Shown piece after piece: positions 60,492 through 64,000 of a stretch of DNA of 64,000 bases. The position numbers and the translations under genes were made by a program. The stretch covers positions 782 to 64,781 of the forward strand of contig CAXHDG010000013.1 of NCBI GenBank assembly GCA_964015495.1. The letters are read 5' to 3'. The stretch's first letter is position 1. Every line of letters begins with the position of its first letter. Origin of the DNA: an uncultured Magnetococcales bacterium. Lineage in GTDB: Bacteria; Pseudomonadota; Alphaproteobacteria; UBA2136; JAPKEQ01. The notes beneath the pieces are model-generated. The model saw nothing but the letters and a program-made list of their open reading frames with translations, did no database searches and was not told the DNA's origin.

Positions 60492-60568
60492 TGGTGGTCG
60501 TGGCCGGACTCGAACCGGCACTGGAAAGATTTTAAGTCTTCTATCTCTACCAATTGGATTACACGACC
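60492..60568 (-). tRNA. tRNA gene with encoded CCA; hand-folded anticodon UAA in a class I (short variable arm) body; identity uncertain
   Basis: Acceptor GGTCGTG/CACGACC. U8 A9. D-loop with GG. AC stem GAAGA/UCUUU with loop CUUAAAA. 5-nt variable loop. Canonical T-arm GCCGG-TTCGAGT-CCGGC. Discriminator A. CCA. Confidence 0.6.
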
Positions 60569-60671
60569 ACCGGCTATTGGTGATAGCAATTCGTTACTCA
60601 CGAACCGACGCCAATTTATACGAAAAGCAGGGGTTTGACTAGCGCAAATAGGAAAGATTTACTTATAAACG

Positions 60672-60699
60672 CAGAAAAGCCCCCTAAAAGGGGGCTTTT
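60672..60699 (-). terminator. intrinsic terminator after clpX
   Basis: gccccc-taaaa-gggggc. On the minus strand it is followed by UUUUCUGC. Confidence 0.7.
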
Positions 60700-60710
60700 C
60701 AATGTCGATA

Positions 60711-61994
60711 TTAGCTTTCAGGGGTAAACCCTTTCAGGCGCTCAAGGACATAATCCTTGGTGATGTTGATCACTTCGCCTTCTTCAAATTCGCCGATGTT
60801 GAAGTCATGGTCTTCCATAACACGGGTCAACATGGTTTTTAGGCCGCGTGCACCAAGCTTACGCTTCTGAGACTGCAGAGCAATCTCTTCCAGCGCATCT
60901 TCTTCAAAGGTGAGTGTCACGTCATCCGCTTCATAGTAACGAATGAATTGCTTGGTAATGGCGTTTTTAGGCTTGGTCAAAATATTGACAAGGTCCTCCA
61001 GCTGCAGTGGGTCAAGAACCGCACGTACAGGCAGACGGCCAAGAAATTCCGGAATCATACCGAATTTCACCAAGTCATCAGTTGTAACTTCACTGTAGAA
61101 GCTCTCCATCCGAACATCAGCTTCAACTTGCTGTGCCGCGGCGCCAAAGCCAATGCCTTTTTTGTTAGAAGTGATACGGGCCTTTACAATGTCTTCAATG
61201 CGCGCAAATGCACCACTGCAGACAAAGAGAACGTTGCTGGTATCAAACTTGATGGTCTTCTTGCCGCCTTGTTGGCGAACAGTGATTTCCAGTTCGGTAC
61301 CTTCAACCATTTTAAGGATGGCTTGTTGAACAGCTTCGCCGCCAACATCGCCACTACGGCCAGAGTTTTTGGCGATTTTATCAACTTCATCAATATAGAT
61401 AATACCCTTTTGGGCACGTTCTATATCGTCATCAGCTTCAGCGATCAGGCCAAGGATAATATCCTCAACATCCTTACCTACGTAACCTGCAGCGGTAAAG
61501 TCCGGTGCGTTACACTTATAGAAAGGGCGATCCAGAATGCGCGCCAAGTTCTCCACCACATAGGTTTTACCCGTACCGGTGGGGCCCAAAATGAGGATAT
61601 TGGATTTTTCAATCCGCTCATCAATAGGGGAAGCCTGGTTGATTTCTGAAATACGCATATGCTTGCCTGCAGCAGTCGCAATTGTTTTCTTCGCATTTTC
61701 TTGGCCAATAACATGTTCATCCAGCAGCTCCTTAATAGAGCGTGCGGAAATGATGCTATCCAAAGAGATGGCAGAAGCAGACGTTGCAGTTGCATGTACA
61801 TCAAAGCCAGCGGCTTTAGAAATAAGTTCAATACACTCATTACAGATGAAACCTTCACCTTTAACGAGCCCTTTAGAAGTCTGAATAGTAAACTCTCTTA
61901 GATAGAACAGTTTTTCAATACCCTCACTATTAGGGTCTTTCTGATCGCGAGGAGATTTACCACACACAGAACAACACAGAATTTGCTGAGTCAT
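60711..61994 (-). CDS. clpX: ATP-dependent Clp protease ATP-binding subunit ClpX
   Basis: N-terminal C4 zinc finger (CSVCGK...CNEC). Walker A GPTGTGKT. ClpX-type sensor motifs. GGAG RBS before ATG 61994. No clpP adjacent. Confidence 0.95.
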   Translation of the reverse strand: MTQQILCCSVCGKSPRDQKDPNSEGIEKLFYLREFTIQTSKGLVKGEGFICNECIELISKAAGFDVHATATSASAISLDSIISARSIKELLDEHVIGQENAKKTIATAAGKHMRISEINQASPIDERIEKSNILILGPTGTGKTYVVENLARILDRPFYKCNAPDFTAAGYVGKDVEDIILGLIAEADDDIERAQKGIIYIDEVDKIAKNSGRSGDVGGEAVQQAILKMVEGTELEITVRQQGGKKTIKFDTSNVLFVCSGAFARIEDIVKARITSNKKGIGFGAAAQQVEADVRMESFYSEVTTDDLVKFGMIPEFLGRLPVRAVLDPLQLEDLVNILTKPKNAITKQFIRYYEADDVTLTFEEDALEEIALQSQKRKLGARGLKTMLTRVMEDHDFNIGEFEEGEVINITKDYVLERLKGFTPES

Positions 61995-62245
61995 AAGAAT
62001 ACTCCGATATGACAAAAGGAAAGGTAAATAGATATTTGATATATGCTTATAGTAATAATATTTGGGGTAAGGGGGCAAGTATAATCTCATAAAATATGTA
62101 TACGGACATGTAATCTGCCCATTGTTCAACAGTTCTTCTAAAAAGTGTTAAAAAAGGTAAAAGTTTTGTTTCTATATAAAACAATGGGATAATGCATAAA
62201 AATACAAAAAAAACACAAAAAATGCAAAAAAATGAATTTTGTGTG

Positions 62246-62274
62246 TTGACAGGGAGGGGGGTTGTGACTATATT
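62246..62274 (+). promoter_or_regulatory. sigma70-type rRNA promoter (TTGACA-17-TATATT) with an A-rich UP-element-like region upstream (62180-62240)
   Basis: Exact consensus -35 TTGACA (62246-62251), 17-nt spacer, -10 TATATT (62269-62274), about 215 nt upstream of the mature 23S 5' end. Confidence 0.6.
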
Positions 62275-62491
62275 CCACATCGCTGACGGGGCAAACGCCA
62301 AACAGGCCAAGCCAAGCCAGCAAACGTTACTTGAAAATTGAATAGGATGCAGACACCAATAATAGCCGATTGTGTTGCAATTGTTATCAGCAACACGATC
62401 AAATATATATTGAACCTTGATAATAAATCTCAAACCAACCATCTGCTGATTACAGTTATCTGTAATCTGCATACGGTGATTCGGCGAGACG

Positions 62492-64000
<1,509 letters not shown>

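Noticed and set aside
60493-60572. Alternative 80-nt tRNA fold using the 10-bp complementarity GGTGGTCGTG/CACGACCACC as acceptor stem
   Set aside because: That register leaves 3 nt between the T-stem and acceptor stem and no discriminator or CCA. The 77-nt fold with the 7-bp acceptor, A73 and encoded CCA is canonical.
62047-62472. 141-aa minus-strand ORF spanning the rRNA promoter and leader
   Set aside because: It overlaps the consensus rRNA promoter and processing hairpin, is very AT/Phe-rich, and has no RBS.

Overview
The window is a mostly core-genome stretch that looks Rickettsiales-like: moderately AT-rich, with a 23S rRNA gene that has its own promoter and no upstream 16S. Gene density is high on both strands. 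Recognisable content includes a complete suf Fe-S assembly operon (Rrf2 regulator-sufB-sufC-sufD-sufS-sufT-sufA) and a separate sufE. Other clusters are bamD-recN-ligA, an MscS channel, bolA-grxD, ham1-radC-map-sfsA, rppH, an orphan sdhA flavoprotein, gloA-truB-rpsO, secA, gltX-cysS, comF-grxC, rpsU, hisS, hemA-prfA-prmC, pcm and clpX. A partial 23S rRNA lies behind a textbook sigma70/UP-element promoter. Less ordinary content: (i) two tandem, translationally coupled class III adenylate/guanylate cyclase paralogues that share an uncharacterised N-terminal domain, one carrying a long Pro/Glu/Ala-rich disordered region; (ii) a patatin-like phospholipase followed by a PolB-exo-like DEDDy exonuclease, a Nudix-domain protein and a CinA/COG1058-like protein, ending at an odd tRNA (class I body, hand-folded anticodon UAA); (iii) a membrane protein with a histone H1-like AKKP-repeat tail; (iv) a small secreted trypsin-fold protease; (v) a duplicated 40-bp stop-codon-plus-terminator module at the 5' end; (vi) a 565-bp ligA-mscS spacer with a minus-strand terminator, a candidate sRNA locus. 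No CRISPR array, transposase or integrase was seen. All calls come from reading the sequence and the supplied ORF translations; no database search was possible.
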